From Sphingobacteriales bacterium (lineage in GTDB: Bacteria; Bacteroidota; Bacteroidia; Chitinophagales; Chitinophagaceae): a DNA stretch of 64,000 nt. The notes under the pieces are model-generated. The model saw only the letters and a list, made by a program, of their open reading frames with translations. It made no database searches and was not told the origin of the DNA. Each line of letters begins with the position of its first letter. Within the stretch, counting starts at the first letter, position 1. Shown one piece after another: positions 36,399 through 45,405 of this stretch. The stretch is from contig RXJG01000004.1 of NCBI GenBank assembly GCA_003963365.1, forward strand, positions 691,842-755,841, given 5' to 3'. The translations under genes and the position numbers were made by a program.

Positions 36399-37717
36399 AA
36401 CTCTGGCAAAAAAATACAACAGTATCTGACGCCGTAGAAAAATTTACGGTGGGAAACGATAAGGAGATGGATTTGTACCTGGCTAAATACGATGTGCTTG
36501 GTTCCATCGCTCATGTTACTATGCTGGAGACGATTGGTTTATTAACTGCTGACGAAAAAAAGATATTGGTAAAGGAACTTCAGTCAATTTATTCAGAAAT
36601 TCAAAATTCAGAATTCAACATTCAAAATGAAGTAGAGGATATCCATTCCCAGATAGAACTATTACTCACACAACGATTAGGTGAAGTAGGGAAGAAGATA
36701 CATAGCGGCAGAAGCCGAAATGACCAGGTACTGGTGGATATAAAACTGTTTTTAAGAGCGGAAATTGAAAAAACTGTTCAGTCTGCTAAATCATTATTTG
36801 ATTTACTGATTGAGTTGAGTGAAAAGAATAAAAATATATTACTGCCCGGTTATACGCATTTGCAGATTGCCATGCCTTCTTCTTTTGGTTTGTGGTTAGG
36901 AGCTTATGCGGAAAGTTTGGTGGATGATGTTATCAGTTTTCAATCGGCGTATAAAGTGGTAAATAAAAACCCATTGGGCTCAGCGGCGGGTTATGGTTCT
37001 TCTTTTCCATTGAACAGAACATTGACCACTCAACTGCTGGGTTTTGAATCTCCCAATTACAATGTGGTGGCAGCGCAGATGAGTCGTGGTAAAAGTGAAA
37101 GAATAGTAGCGCAATCCATCAGCAATACTGCAGCTACCTTAAGCAAGTTGGCTTATGATTGCTGTTTGTATATGAACCAAAATTTTGGTTTCATTTCTTT
37201 CCCGGATGAATTAACAACAGGCAGCAGCATCATGCCGCATAAAAAGAATCCGGATGTGTTTGAACTGATAAGGGCTAAGTGCAACCAATTGCAGGCTTTG
37301 CCCAATGAAATTGCTTTTGTGGCCAATAATCTTCCCTCAGGTTATCACCGGGATTTTCAATTGCTGAAAGAACAACTCTTTCCTGCGTTTGAAAAACTCA
37401 GAAGCTGTATGGATATGATACAACTGATGCTGAGCAATATGAAGGTTAAAGCGGATATACTGGAAAGTGATTTGTATAAATATTTGTTTAGTGTGGAAGA
37501 AGTGAATAAGCTGGCATTAGCAGGTGTCCCTTTCAGGGAAGCGTATAAACAAGTGGGGCTGATGATTGAATCAGGCCAGTTTAACCCTGAAAAAAAAGTA
37601 AATCATACACATGAAGGAAGTATCGGTAATCTTTGTAATGATAAGATTGTTGCGATGATGGAGAAGGAAATCAGTGAGTTTAAGTTTTGGGACGAAAGAT
37701 TTCTAATAAATGCATAG
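36395..37717 (+). CDS. argH: argininosuccinate lyase
   Basis: Fumarate-lyase signature GSSIMPHKKNP and a 4-nt overlap with argE. Confidence 0.95.
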   Translation: MKLWQKNTTVSDAVEKFTVGNDKEMDLYLAKYDVLGSIAHVTMLETIGLLTADEKKILVKELQSIYSEIQNSEFNIQNEVEDIHSQIELLLTQRLGEVGKKIHSGRSRNDQVLVDIKLFLRAEIEKTVQSAKSLFDLLIELSEKNKNILLPGYTHLQIAMPSSFGLWLGAYAESLVDDVISFQSAYKVVNKNPLGSAAGYGSSFPLNRTLTTQLLGFESPNYNVVAAQMSRGKSERIVAQSISNTAATLSKLAYDCCLYMNQNFGFISFPDELTTGSSIMPHKKNPDVFELIRAKCNQLQALPNEIAFVANNLPSGYHRDFQLLKEQLFPAFEKLRSCMDMIQLMLSNMKVKADILESDLYKYLFSVEEVNKLALAGVPFREAYKQVGLMIESGQFNPEKKVNHTHEGSIGNLCNDKIVAMMEKEISEFKFWDERFLINA

Positions 37718-37725
37718 GATATTAT

Positions 37726-38241
37726 CTAATTACGATTTCTCTTTTTGATTTTATCTTTCGTGTTTGTTGTAATTAAAAAGAAAGTAGTTGGTGGAACGTG
37801 TCCATGATATAAAGTAGATTTCCAGTTCTTATAAATATTGACTGTTTTGACAGTAGAGGTTTCAATTAGTATTCCGGTTGTGTCTTCAATGAGTTCACCA
37901 TCTATTATAAATTTATAGAGTGAAGAGTCATTATTTGAACTTACAGTTTTAAAGGAGCTTAAGGAAACTATGGAGTCCTTTTTATATCTGGTTATAAATA
38001 ATGCTTGCCCACTGTTGGTACCTAATAAATCAGCTTCTTTAAAAACTCGAATATTTTTCACATTATGTGGATTTAAATAGAGCCTTGTAGTTTTTATTGG
38101 TAAAGAGTCCAAATACCAAAGATCCGTTTTTACTGTAAAATTTTCTGTTATTTTGATTTGACCAGTGTCTTTTTTAATAAAAATCTGACTATTGGTGAGA
38201 ACCGGGATTATTAATAGCAGATTAATTAGATTCTTTCTCAT
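37726..38241 (-). CDS. secreted hypothetical protein in an AT-rich gene
   Basis: 171 aa with a signal peptide. One hand-counted 100-nt sample is about 30% GC, against about 39% in argH. Confidence 0.6.
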   Translation of the reverse strand: MRKNLINLLLIIPVLTNSQIFIKKDTGQIKITENFTVKTDLWYLDSLPIKTTRLYLNPHNVKNIRVFKEADLLGTNSGQALFITRYKKDSIVSLSSFKTVSSNNDSSLYKFIIDGELIEDTTGILIETSTVKTVNIYKNWKSTLYHGHVPPTTFFLITTNTKDKIKKRNRN

Positions 38242-38286
38242 TCTTTAATGATGAAATAAATTAAGTTTTTGCATAGAGATTAAAGT

Positions 38287-39837
38287 TTATTTTTTTGAAC
38301 TTCCCCTTCTCAAATATTTCTCCCTGATAATATCCTGCACAGGAACATTCTCAATCTTACTTTCCAGCCAGGAAATAATATCGAGATACATAAAGGAGCG
38401 GCTTTCTAATGGATTATCTTCATACTTCTTAAGCTTCTCTCTCAAAGAACTAAATGCATCCTTAAACTGTTTGGGATTTAAATGAAATGATTTGCGGATG
38501 AACTTAAATATTTCTTCTTCCACCACACTCAGGTTTTCCATCTTGGCCATAAAACGATAAACAGATTTTATCAAGTGCTCCAGTATATCGTAATTACCCA
38601 TTTCAAAATGCGCAATGAGGTGGAGCAATCTTGCATAACATTGCAAATCGGTACGCAAATCAATCTTCCACTGAATTACTTTGTTGAGATAATCAATTGT
38701 TTTTTCATTATTACCACTGCCAAAGTATAAACAGGCGATTTTATAATAGAAAACAAGAATGCGGTGTAAATCTAATTTCGTTTCAAACTCATCCAGTTTT
38801 TCTTCTAAGTGTGGTACCAATTTTAATCCCTGGGTAAAACTTCCTTCTAAAAAATGTTTATTAATCTTAGCTACATACAGGTACATAAAAGTCTGCACCC
38901 GGTTATTATCATTGGCATTTCCTTCTTTGCTGCGATAGAAATTTTCAAACTGGTGCAAAGTTTCATCAAACTTCCGGATGTTCTGCAACAGGAAATGTGC
39001 ATTCAGCAAATTGTGCAGCCCTTTAATGTAATACTGTGCTTCCACTTTTTTCATGGATGGTTCCTGTTCAAACAGGTCAACCCATTTTTGTGTGTAGCGG
39101 TAATACATAATTAAATCCTGCAGAATAAATCCATACCAACTGTAGCTTTGATATAAATACATCTTCTCATAAAAACCCGTAAAGGATTTTACATTAGCCG
39201 GCAGGCCTGCCTGAAAGAATCTTTTGATTGCATCTTCATCTTTCTTGTTCCGTGCATGACCATGTTTGATATACCAGCCATACAACTGTAACGAAAGATT
39301 GGACAGTTTACCAATCATCGCAATACGATCATCCACATCATCCACTTCGGTTGCCAGTAATTCGGCACGGTTCTCCATGCTGCGGGTGATATAAAGCGCT
39401 TCAATCTTCTTTTCAAATATCAAAGCCTGCAATAAAAAAGTGTGTTGGTTATGGGCCCGGGCATTTTCTTTTATCTTATCAATAATTTTCAGCGTTTGCA
39501 GGTAAAGCCCCTTGTTAAATAAAATCCGGGCATAATCCATCTGCTCATGCAACTGCAGTTCGATGTTGTTTTCATCTTTTAAAATACGAACACTCGCAAG
39601 TATCTGCTTGTATAAATGAGCTTTTAAATTGGAAAGTTGTTGTTTCTTAATGCTTTTATTTTTTAATAACAACTGTTCGTCATATTCTTTCATTTTATCC
39701 AGGGCATCAAAGAGCTGAATAATCTTCATATCGCTGGTGGCAGAGTTGCGTTTTACAAACAATTTAAAGTTTCGTTTCTCCGCTTTTTCAAGCGATTTTA
39801 TTAATTGAAACAACTCATCTGTCCTTCTGTTGGGCAT
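38287..39837 (-). CDS. all-helical (TPR-like) hypothetical protein
   Basis: 516 aa. The N-terminus ELFQLIKSLEKAEKRNFKLF looks like a family widespread in Bacteroidota (from memory). No catalytic motif was seen. Confidence 0.65.
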   Translation of the reverse strand: MPNRRTDELFQLIKSLEKAEKRNFKLFVKRNSATSDMKIIQLFDALDKMKEYDEQLLLKNKSIKKQQLSNLKAHLYKQILASVRILKDENNIELQLHEQMDYARILFNKGLYLQTLKIIDKIKENARAHNQHTFLLQALIFEKKIEALYITRSMENRAELLATEVDDVDDRIAMIGKLSNLSLQLYGWYIKHGHARNKKDEDAIKRFFQAGLPANVKSFTGFYEKMYLYQSYSWYGFILQDLIMYYRYTQKWVDLFEQEPSMKKVEAQYYIKGLHNLLNAHFLLQNIRKFDETLHQFENFYRSKEGNANDNNRVQTFMYLYVAKINKHFLEGSFTQGLKLVPHLEEKLDEFETKLDLHRILVFYYKIACLYFGSGNNEKTIDYLNKVIQWKIDLRTDLQCYARLLHLIAHFEMGNYDILEHLIKSVYRFMAKMENLSVVEEEIFKFIRKSFHLNPKQFKDAFSSLREKLKKYEDNPLESRSFMYLDIISWLESKIENVPVQDIIREKYLRRGSSKK

Positions 39838-39964
39838 CGTAATTTGATTTAGCTGAAACGCTTATCCAGAAAGGGTTTCAGTGATTCCAGAGCCAAATAG
39901 CTGGTGTAAAAGAAAGCCTATTTTAGCTTCGGCAGCCTTGCCATTTTTGGTAAATTTGTTATAG

Positions 39965-40021
39965 CAGGCTGTGAGTTTTGTTTATTGGCAAGCAACACAA
40001 AAATGAGCAGCCTGTTTTTTT
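39965..40021 (+). terminator. terminator-like hairpin plus U7 in the leuA leader
   Basis: Outer stem CAGGCTG/CAGCCTG and inner stem TTTTGT/ACAAAA, followed by T7 that ends 20 nt before the leuA ATG. Confidence 0.35.
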
Positions 40022-40041
40022 ATCTTTTACAACAGCAATTT

Positions 40042-41211
40042 ATGGCAGATAAACGAATTTACATCTTCGACACAACATTGAGGGATGGAGAACAAGTTCC
40101 CGGTTGTAAACTCAATAAAAAAGAAAAAATTGAATTGGCCCTGCAGATAGAAGCACTTGGAGTGGATGTGCTGGAAGCAGGGTTTCCTATTTCTTCTCCT
40201 GGTGATTTTGATTCTGTTAGTGAAATAGCTTCATTAGTTAAGAATGCAACGGTATGTGGCTTGAGCCGTGCGGTAGAGAAAGATATTGAAGTGGCAGCCG
40301 CTGCTATCAGGCATGCCGTTCGTCCACGCATACATACAGGTATCGGTACATCCGATTATCACATCAAAGCAAAATTTAATGCCACAAGAGAAGAAGTATT
40401 GGAGAGAGCTGTGAAAGCAGTAAAGTTTGCGAAAACATTTGTAGATGATATTGAGTTTTATGCAGAGGACGCAGGCAGAACAAATAACGAATATCTGGCC
40501 AAAGTGGTAGAAGCAGTTATTACTGCTGGTGCTACGGTGGTAAACATTCCTGATACGACTGGTTATTGTTTGCCTCATCAATACCAGGAGAAGATGGCTT
40601 ATCTCATCAACAATGTTCCCAATATTGATAAGGCAATTTTATCCTGTCATTGTCATAATGATTTAGGATTAGCAACGGCTAATTCTATTGCCGGAGTTAT
40701 TGGTGGTGCAAGACAAATTGAATGTACAATAAATGGTTTGGGTGAAAGAGCCGGTAACACTTCGCTGGAAGAAGTGGTGATGGTATTAAAGCAACATGCT
40801 TACATGGGTTATTACACCAACATTAAAACAGAACAACTGAATCCTATCAGCCGTGCAGTAAGTGAAACAATGCGTATGCCGGTGCAACCGAATAAGGCGA
40901 TTGTTGGCAGTAATGCTTTCTCTCACTCATCCGGTATTCACCAGGATGGATTTTTGAAAGATTCTCAAACCTATGAAATCATCACTCCTGAAAGTGTAGG
41001 AGCCGATGGCAGTAAGATTGTACTAACAGCCCGCAGTGGGCGAAGTGCCTTGGCTCACCGTTTTCAAAAACTGGGTTACCAGTTTACCCGTAATGATATT
41101 GATATTTTATACAAGAAGTTTCTGGAAGTAGCCGATAGCAAGAAAGAAGTGATGGAAGATGATTTGCATGCAATGGCTAAAGTTTATATTCCGGAAACGG
41201 CCACCGCTTAG
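40042..41211 (+). CDS. leuA: short-form 2-isopropylmalate synthase-like enzyme (LeuA/CimA/homocitrate synthase family), lacking the C-terminal regulatory domain
   Basis: [10 protein letters not shown] and HCHNDLG motifs. It is only about 389 aa from MADKRIYIF, and I prefer the start at 40042. Confidence 0.75.
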   Translation: MADKRIYIFDTTLRDGEQVPGCKLNKKEKIELALQIEALGVDVLEAGFPISSPGDFDSVSEIASLVKNATVCGLSRAVEKDIEVAAAAIRHAVRPRIHTGIGTSDYHIKAKFNATREEVLERAVKAVKFAKTFVDDIEFYAEDAGRTNNEYLAKVVEAVITAGATVVNIPDTTGYCLPHQYQEKMAYLINNVPNIDKAILSCHCHNDLGLATANSIAGVIGGARQIECTINGLGERAGNTSLEEVVMVLKQHAYMGYYTNIKTEQLNPISRAVSETMRMPVQPNKAIVGSNAFSHSSGIHQDGFLKDSQTYEIITPESVGADGSKIVLTARSGRSALAHRFQKLGYQFTRNDIDILYKKFLEVADSKKEVMEDDLHAMAKVYIPETATA

Positions 41212-41240
41212 TGTTTTCTTATGTACAGATAGTTCTAACC

Positions 41241-41269
41241 GGCGCAGTTTTCTTGCTGCGCCTCTTTTT
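41241..41269 (+). terminator. intrinsic terminator-like hairpin between leuA and leuB
   Basis: Stem GGCGCAG/CTGCGCC followed by TCTTTTT. Confidence 0.5.
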
Positions 41270-41302
41270 AAAATCTGAATCCTTAAAAACAAGAATAACC
41301 AC

Positions 41303-42424
41303 ATGAAAAAGAAAATTGCAGTAATTAACGGAGATGGAATCGGCCCCGAAGTAACCAAACAATCAATAAGGGTACTGGATGCTGTTGCCCAGCAATTTAA
41401 TCACCAGTTTGAATACACACATGCCCTGATGGGAGCGGTAGCTATTGACGAAACAGGCTCACCGTTGCCACAGGAAACAATTGATATTTGTCTCGATGCT
41501 GATGCTATACTGTTCGGGGCGATAGGACATCCGAAATACGATAATGACCCAACTGCGAAAGTTAGACCGGAACAAGGGTTACTTGGACTGCGTAAAGCTT
41601 TACAATTGTATGCGAACCTGCGCCCCATTATTTCTTATCCCTCTTTGCAGCATCTTACACCATTTAAAAGTAAGCAACTCGAAAATGTTGATTTCATCAT
41701 TTTTCGTGAATTGACCGGTGGAATTTATTTTGGCAAGAAGGAATTGAGTGAAGACAAATCAAAAGCCATTGATGAATGTGTTTACACAACTGCAGAAATT
41801 GAACGTATTGCTCATTTAGCTTTTCAGTATGCACAGAAGCCCGAAAGAAAAAAGAAACTCACATTGGTAGATAAGGCCAATGTATTGGAAACATCCCGTT
41901 TGTGGAGAAGAGTAGTAACTGAAGTTGCCAAACAATATCCTGATGTGAAAGTGGAGTATTTGTTTGTGGACAATGCTGCCATGCAAATCATTTTAAACCC
42001 CAAACAGTTTGATGTAATTCTTACTGAAAATATGTTTGGTGATATTATCAGTGATGAGGCGAGTGTGTTAGCCGGTTCATTGGGAATGTTGCCTTCTGCT
42101 TCTGTCGGTAATGGGCCGGTATTGTTTGAACCGATACATGGAAGTTATCCGCAGGCTGCCGGAAAAGATATAGCCAACCCGATTGGTTCTATTCTTTCTG
42201 CCGCTATGATGCTGGAGCATTTTGGATTGAATGATGAAGCACAGGTGGTAAGAGATGCAGTAGCCTGGACAATGGCCAATGGATTTGTTACAAAAGATAT
42301 TGACCCGATTAATTTTTATTTCACCAGCACTATTGGTGAACTGATATGTGATTATGTGATGGATAAAATTCAGGGAAAGATTAATAAGGACAATATAGAG
42401 TTGAGAAAATCAACGATAATATAG
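41303..42424 (+). CDS. leuB: 3-isopropylmalate dehydrogenase
   Basis: KIAVINGDGIGPEV start and the isocitrate/IPM dehydrogenase signature NMFGDIISDEAS. Confidence 0.95.
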   Translation: MKKKIAVINGDGIGPEVTKQSIRVLDAVAQQFNHQFEYTHALMGAVAIDETGSPLPQETIDICLDADAILFGAIGHPKYDNDPTAKVRPEQGLLGLRKALQLYANLRPIISYPSLQHLTPFKSKQLENVDFIIFRELTGGIYFGKKELSEDKSKAIDECVYTTAEIERIAHLAFQYAQKPERKKKLTLVDKANVLETSRLWRRVVTEVAKQYPDVKVEYLFVDNAAMQIILNPKQFDVILTENMFGDIISDEASVLAGSLGMLPSASVGNGPVLFEPIHGSYPQAAGKDIANPIGSILSAAMMLEHFGLNDEAQVVRDAVAWTMANGFVTKDIDPINFYFTSTIGELICDYVMDKIQGKINKDNIELRKSTII

Positions 42425-42428
42425 AAGA

Positions 42429-42498
42429 AGCTACGAGTTGTGAGCTTCGAGACACGAGAATAAACTCGAAGCTCACAACTCAAAACTCGCAGCTTTCT
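42429..42498 (+). repeat. ten-heptad (70-nt) palindromic element after leuB
   Basis: AGCTACG AGTTGTG AGCTTCG AGACACG AGAATAA | ACTCGAA GCTCACA ACTCAAA ACTCGCA GCTTTCT. It contains the perfect 17-bp stem 42435-42451 / 42465-42481. Confidence 0.85.
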
Positions 42499-42508
42499 TC
42501 AAAAGTTC

Positions 42509-42539
42509 TTTGTTTTATCAAAAGGCGGTGTTATCTTAG
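42509..42539 (+). promoter_or_regulatory. candidate promoter of the ilv operon
   Basis: TTTG at 42509-42512, a 19-nt spacer, then TATCTTAG at 42532-42539, which has one mismatch to TAnnTTTG. The arg candidate has a similar -7 word. Confidence 0.3.
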
Positions 42540-42556
42540 CATGCTATTACACTTCT

Positions 42557-42652
42557 ATGTTGAATAACAGAATCAATAATGTCATTAGTCTGCTGACCAT
42601 TCTGGTGGTGGTTGTCATTATTATTCCTGCACACGGAGGTGGATGTTTGTAA
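42557..42652 (+). CDS. ilv leader peptide MLNNRINNVISLLTILVVVVIIIPAHGGGCL
   Basis: 31 codons. Thirteen of the 15 residues at positions 9-23 are Ile, Leu or Val. A terminator follows directly, and the ORF lies immediately upstream of ilvE. Confidence 0.7.
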   Translation: MLNNRINNVISLLTILVVVVIIIPAHGGGCL

Positions 42653-42680
42653 TTAATAAAAACAAAAATTAAGATACCAG

Positions 42681-42708
42681 ACCCGCCTCCAAAAAGGCGG
42701 GTTTTTTA
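42681..42708 (+). terminator. attenuator terminator of the ilv leader
   Basis: Stem ACCCGCC/GGCGGGT plus T6. The 5' arm CCGCCTCC can instead pair with GGAGGTGG at 42635-42642. Confidence 0.8.
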
Positions 42709-42737
42709 TTGCCTTTTAAAACAAAACAAATAAGATT

Positions 42738-43634
42738 ATGGGTAAATATTACAACGAAAACACAGTACTTTATCTCAATGGAGAGTTTGTAAAAGCATCG
42801 GAAGCAAAAATTGATTTGTATAGCCAGTCATTGCACTATGGGTATGCTGTGTTTGAAGGAATCCGTTCATACAAAAATGTAAATGGAGAGACAAAGATTT
42901 TTAAAGAGCAGGAACATTACGACCGCTTAAGAAATTCTGCAGTTGCAATGAACATGCCTTATCCATGGACGAATGAAGAACTGATTGCTGCAACCTACGA
43001 AGTATTGAAACGTAATAATATACAGGATGCATATGTAAGACCAGTGGTATATGCTCCGGCTAATATGAGTTTTGTACCAAATGAAGAGTCATTCATCTTT
43101 ATTGAAGTATGGGAAATGCTTCCCTTCTTCGGAGAAAAATTATTAAAGGTGATGACATCTCCTTTTCAGCGTCCAAATCCAAAAGGATTTAAGATTACGG
43201 CAAAAGCAAGTGGTCACTATGTAAACTCCATACTCGCCAGCCAGGATGCTAAAGCAAAAGGCTATGATGAAGCGTTGCTCACTGATATGAATGGATTTGT
43301 AGCCGAAGGAACAGGTGCCAATGTATTTTATGAGAAAGATGGAAAATTATTTACACCGGCACCAGGAAATATTTTGCCGGGTATTACAAGAGCTACGGTA
43401 CTTGAGTTATGTAATGAATTAGATATTTCCGTAGAAGAAAAACAAATCACTATTGAAGAACTGAAAGAAGCAGATGCAGTTTTCTTCTGCGGAACAGCAG
43501 CAGAAGTGATTGGCTGGGATAGCTTGGATGGGCAACCATTTGCAAAAAAATGGAGCGAGTCTTTGGGTAAAGTGATACAGGATGCATACAAAGCAAGAGT
43601 GATTGAAAAAGAATTTAAAATAGAATTAGTATAA
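42738..43634 (+). CDS. ilvE: branched-chain amino acid aminotransferase
   Basis: Class IV aminotransferase pattern, 298 aa. Confidence 0.9.
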   Translation: MGKYYNENTVLYLNGEFVKASEAKIDLYSQSLHYGYAVFEGIRSYKNVNGETKIFKEQEHYDRLRNSAVAMNMPYPWTNEELIAATYEVLKRNNIQDAYVRPVVYAPANMSFVPNEESFIFIEVWEMLPFFGEKLLKVMTSPFQRPNPKGFKITAKASGHYVNSILASQDAKAKGYDEALLTDMNGFVAEGTGANVFYEKDGKLFTPAPGNILPGITRATVLELCNELDISVEEKQITIEELKEADAVFFCGTAAEVIGWDSLDGQPFAKKWSESLGKVIQDAYKARVIEKEFKIELV

Positions 43635-43646
43635 AAGCCGAATAAT

Positions 43647-43718
43647 GAACTGAACGTACAAGTGAGTGACACAACAAAAGTCAAATAGTAATTCAACAGA
43701 CGATAACAAAAAACTAAA
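43647..43718 (+). repeat. intercistronic module, copy B (precedes ilvD)
   Basis: See copy A. The exact shared cores are AAGTGAGTGACACAAC and AATAGTAATTCA. Confidence 0.7.
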
Positions 43719-45401
43719 ATGGCAGAACTGAATAAATATTCCAAAGTTTTAACGCAGGATGAAACACAACCAGCAGCACAAGCAATGTTGTATGGTATTG
43801 GTTTAACCGAAGAAGATTTAAAGAAAGCACAGGTAGGTATTGCGAGTATGGGTTATGATGGTAATACCTGTAACATGCATTTGAATGATTTGGCAAAAGT
43901 GGTGAAGCAAGGTGTGTGGGCAAATGATTTGGTGGGTTTAATTTTTAATACCATTGGTATCAGTGATGGTATCAGCAATGGTACAGATGGTATGCGTTTT
44001 TCATTGGTAAGCCGTGATTTGATTGCTGATAGTATTGAAAGCGTTTGTGGTGGTTTTTATTATGATGGTTTAATTGCATTGCCCGGTTGCGATAAAAATA
44101 TGCCGGGTGCTATTATGGCGATGGGTCGTTTGAATAGACCTTCTATTATGGTATATGGCGGAACGATTGCACCTGGACATCATAAAGGTGAAGAGCTGAA
44201 TATTATTTCTGCGTTTGAGGCATTAGGAAAAAAATTAGCTGGTACCATTACGCCGGAGGATTTTAAAGAAGTAGTGAAACATAGTTGTCCGGGTGCAGGT
44301 GCATGTGGTGGTATGTACACTGCTAATACAATGGCAAGTGCAATTGAGGCATTGGGGATGAGTTTGCCATATTCATCTTCAAACCCAGCCATCAGTGATG
44401 ATAAAAAGAATGAATGCCTGGCTGCAGGTAAAGCAATAAAGGTTTTACTGGAAAAAGATATTAAACCAAAAGATATCATGACGAAGAAAGCATTTGAAAA
44501 TGCTATCGTAATCATTATGATTTTGGGCGGCAGTACAAATGCTGTATTGCATTTGATCGCTATGGCAAAAAGTGTGGGTGTTGATTTAACGCAGGATGAT
44601 TTCCAGCGCATCAGTGATAAAACACCAGTACTGGCCGATTTTAAACCAAGTGGAAAATATTTGATGCAGGAATTGCATGCACATGGTGGCATACCTGCAG
44701 TGATGAGATACTTATTGGATAAAGGATTGTTGCATGGTGATTGTCTTACTGTAACTGGTAAAACAATAGCTGAGAATTTAAAGAATATAAAACCCATCAA
44801 CTTCAATACACAGGATATTTTGTATCCATTAGAAAAACCATTGAAAGCAACAGGTCATTTGCAAATACTTTATGGTAACCTGGCAGAGAAAGGAAGTGTG
44901 GCAAAAATCAGTGGTAAAGAAGGTGAACGTTTTGAAGGACCTGCAAGAGTATTTGATGGTGAAAAAGATTTAGTAGCAGGTATCGCGAATGGAAGAGTAA
45001 AGAAAGGTGATGTAGTAGTGATAAGATATGAAGGGCCAAAAGGCGCTCCCGGTATGCCGGAGATGCTAAAACCAACTTCAGCAATCACCGGAGCTGGTTT
45101 AGGTAAACATGTAGCATTGATTACTGATGGAAGATTCAGCGGTGGTTCACATGGTTTCGTCGTCGGTCACATCACTCCCGAAGCATATGAGGGTGGTTTG
45201 ATTGCACTGGTACAGGATGATGATATTATTGAACTGGATGCCACTAAACGCACTATCACATTAAAGGTGAGTGATGAAACAATTGCTGAAAGAAGAAAAC
45301 AATGGAAACAACCGGCACTGAAAGAAACAAAAGGCATTTTATATAAATACGCCAGGATGGTGAAAGATGCGAGTGAAGGTTGCGTAACAGACGAATTTTA
45401 A
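43719..45401 (+). CDS. ilvD: dihydroxy-acid dehydratase
   Basis: ILVD/EDD signatures CDKNMPG and [11 protein letters not shown]. Confidence 0.95.
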   Translation: MAELNKYSKVLTQDETQPAAQAMLYGIGLTEEDLKKAQVGIASMGYDGNTCNMHLNDLAKVVKQGVWANDLVGLIFNTIGISDGISNGTDGMRFSLVSRDLIADSIESVCGGFYYDGLIALPGCDKNMPGAIMAMGRLNRPSIMVYGGTIAPGHHKGEELNIISAFEALGKKLAGTITPEDFKEVVKHSCPGAGACGGMYTANTMASAIEALGMSLPYSSSNPAISDDKKNECLAAGKAIKVLLEKDIKPKDIMTKKAFENAIVIIMILGGSTNAVLHLIAMAKSVGVDLTQDDFQRISDKTPVLADFKPSGKYLMQELHAHGGIPAVMRYLLDKGLLHGDCLTVTGKTIAENLKNIKPINFNTQDILYPLEKPLKATGHLQILYGNLAEKGSVAKISGKEGERFEGPARVFDGEKDLVAGIANGRVKKGDVVVIRYEGPKGAPGMPEMLKPTSAITGAGLGKHVALITDGRFSGGSHGFVVGHITPEAYEGGLIALVQDDDIIELDATKRTITLKVSDETIAERRKQWKQPALKETKGILYKYARMVKDASEGCVTDEF

Positions 45402-45405
45402 AATT

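Noticed and set aside
39881-39964. A GTG-initiated 27-codon frame ([27 protein letters not shown]) ends exactly at the leuA-leader hairpin and was considered as a possible leucine leader peptide.
   Set aside because: It has only 5 scattered Leu codons and no run of them. It uses a GTG start and leaves only 44 nt for a promoter before the divergent gene. That is too weak to call, though it would be worth a glance if the hairpin proves to attenuate.
44180-44806. Long antisense ORFs lie inside ilvD (208 aa), amt2 (59664-60125, 153 aa), amt1 (57084-57407), AsmA (7158-7565) and the first Crp gene (690-1097).
   Set aside because: Each is fully nested in a confidently identified gene on the other strand and has no family resemblance. 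Such ORFs are expected by chance at this GC content.
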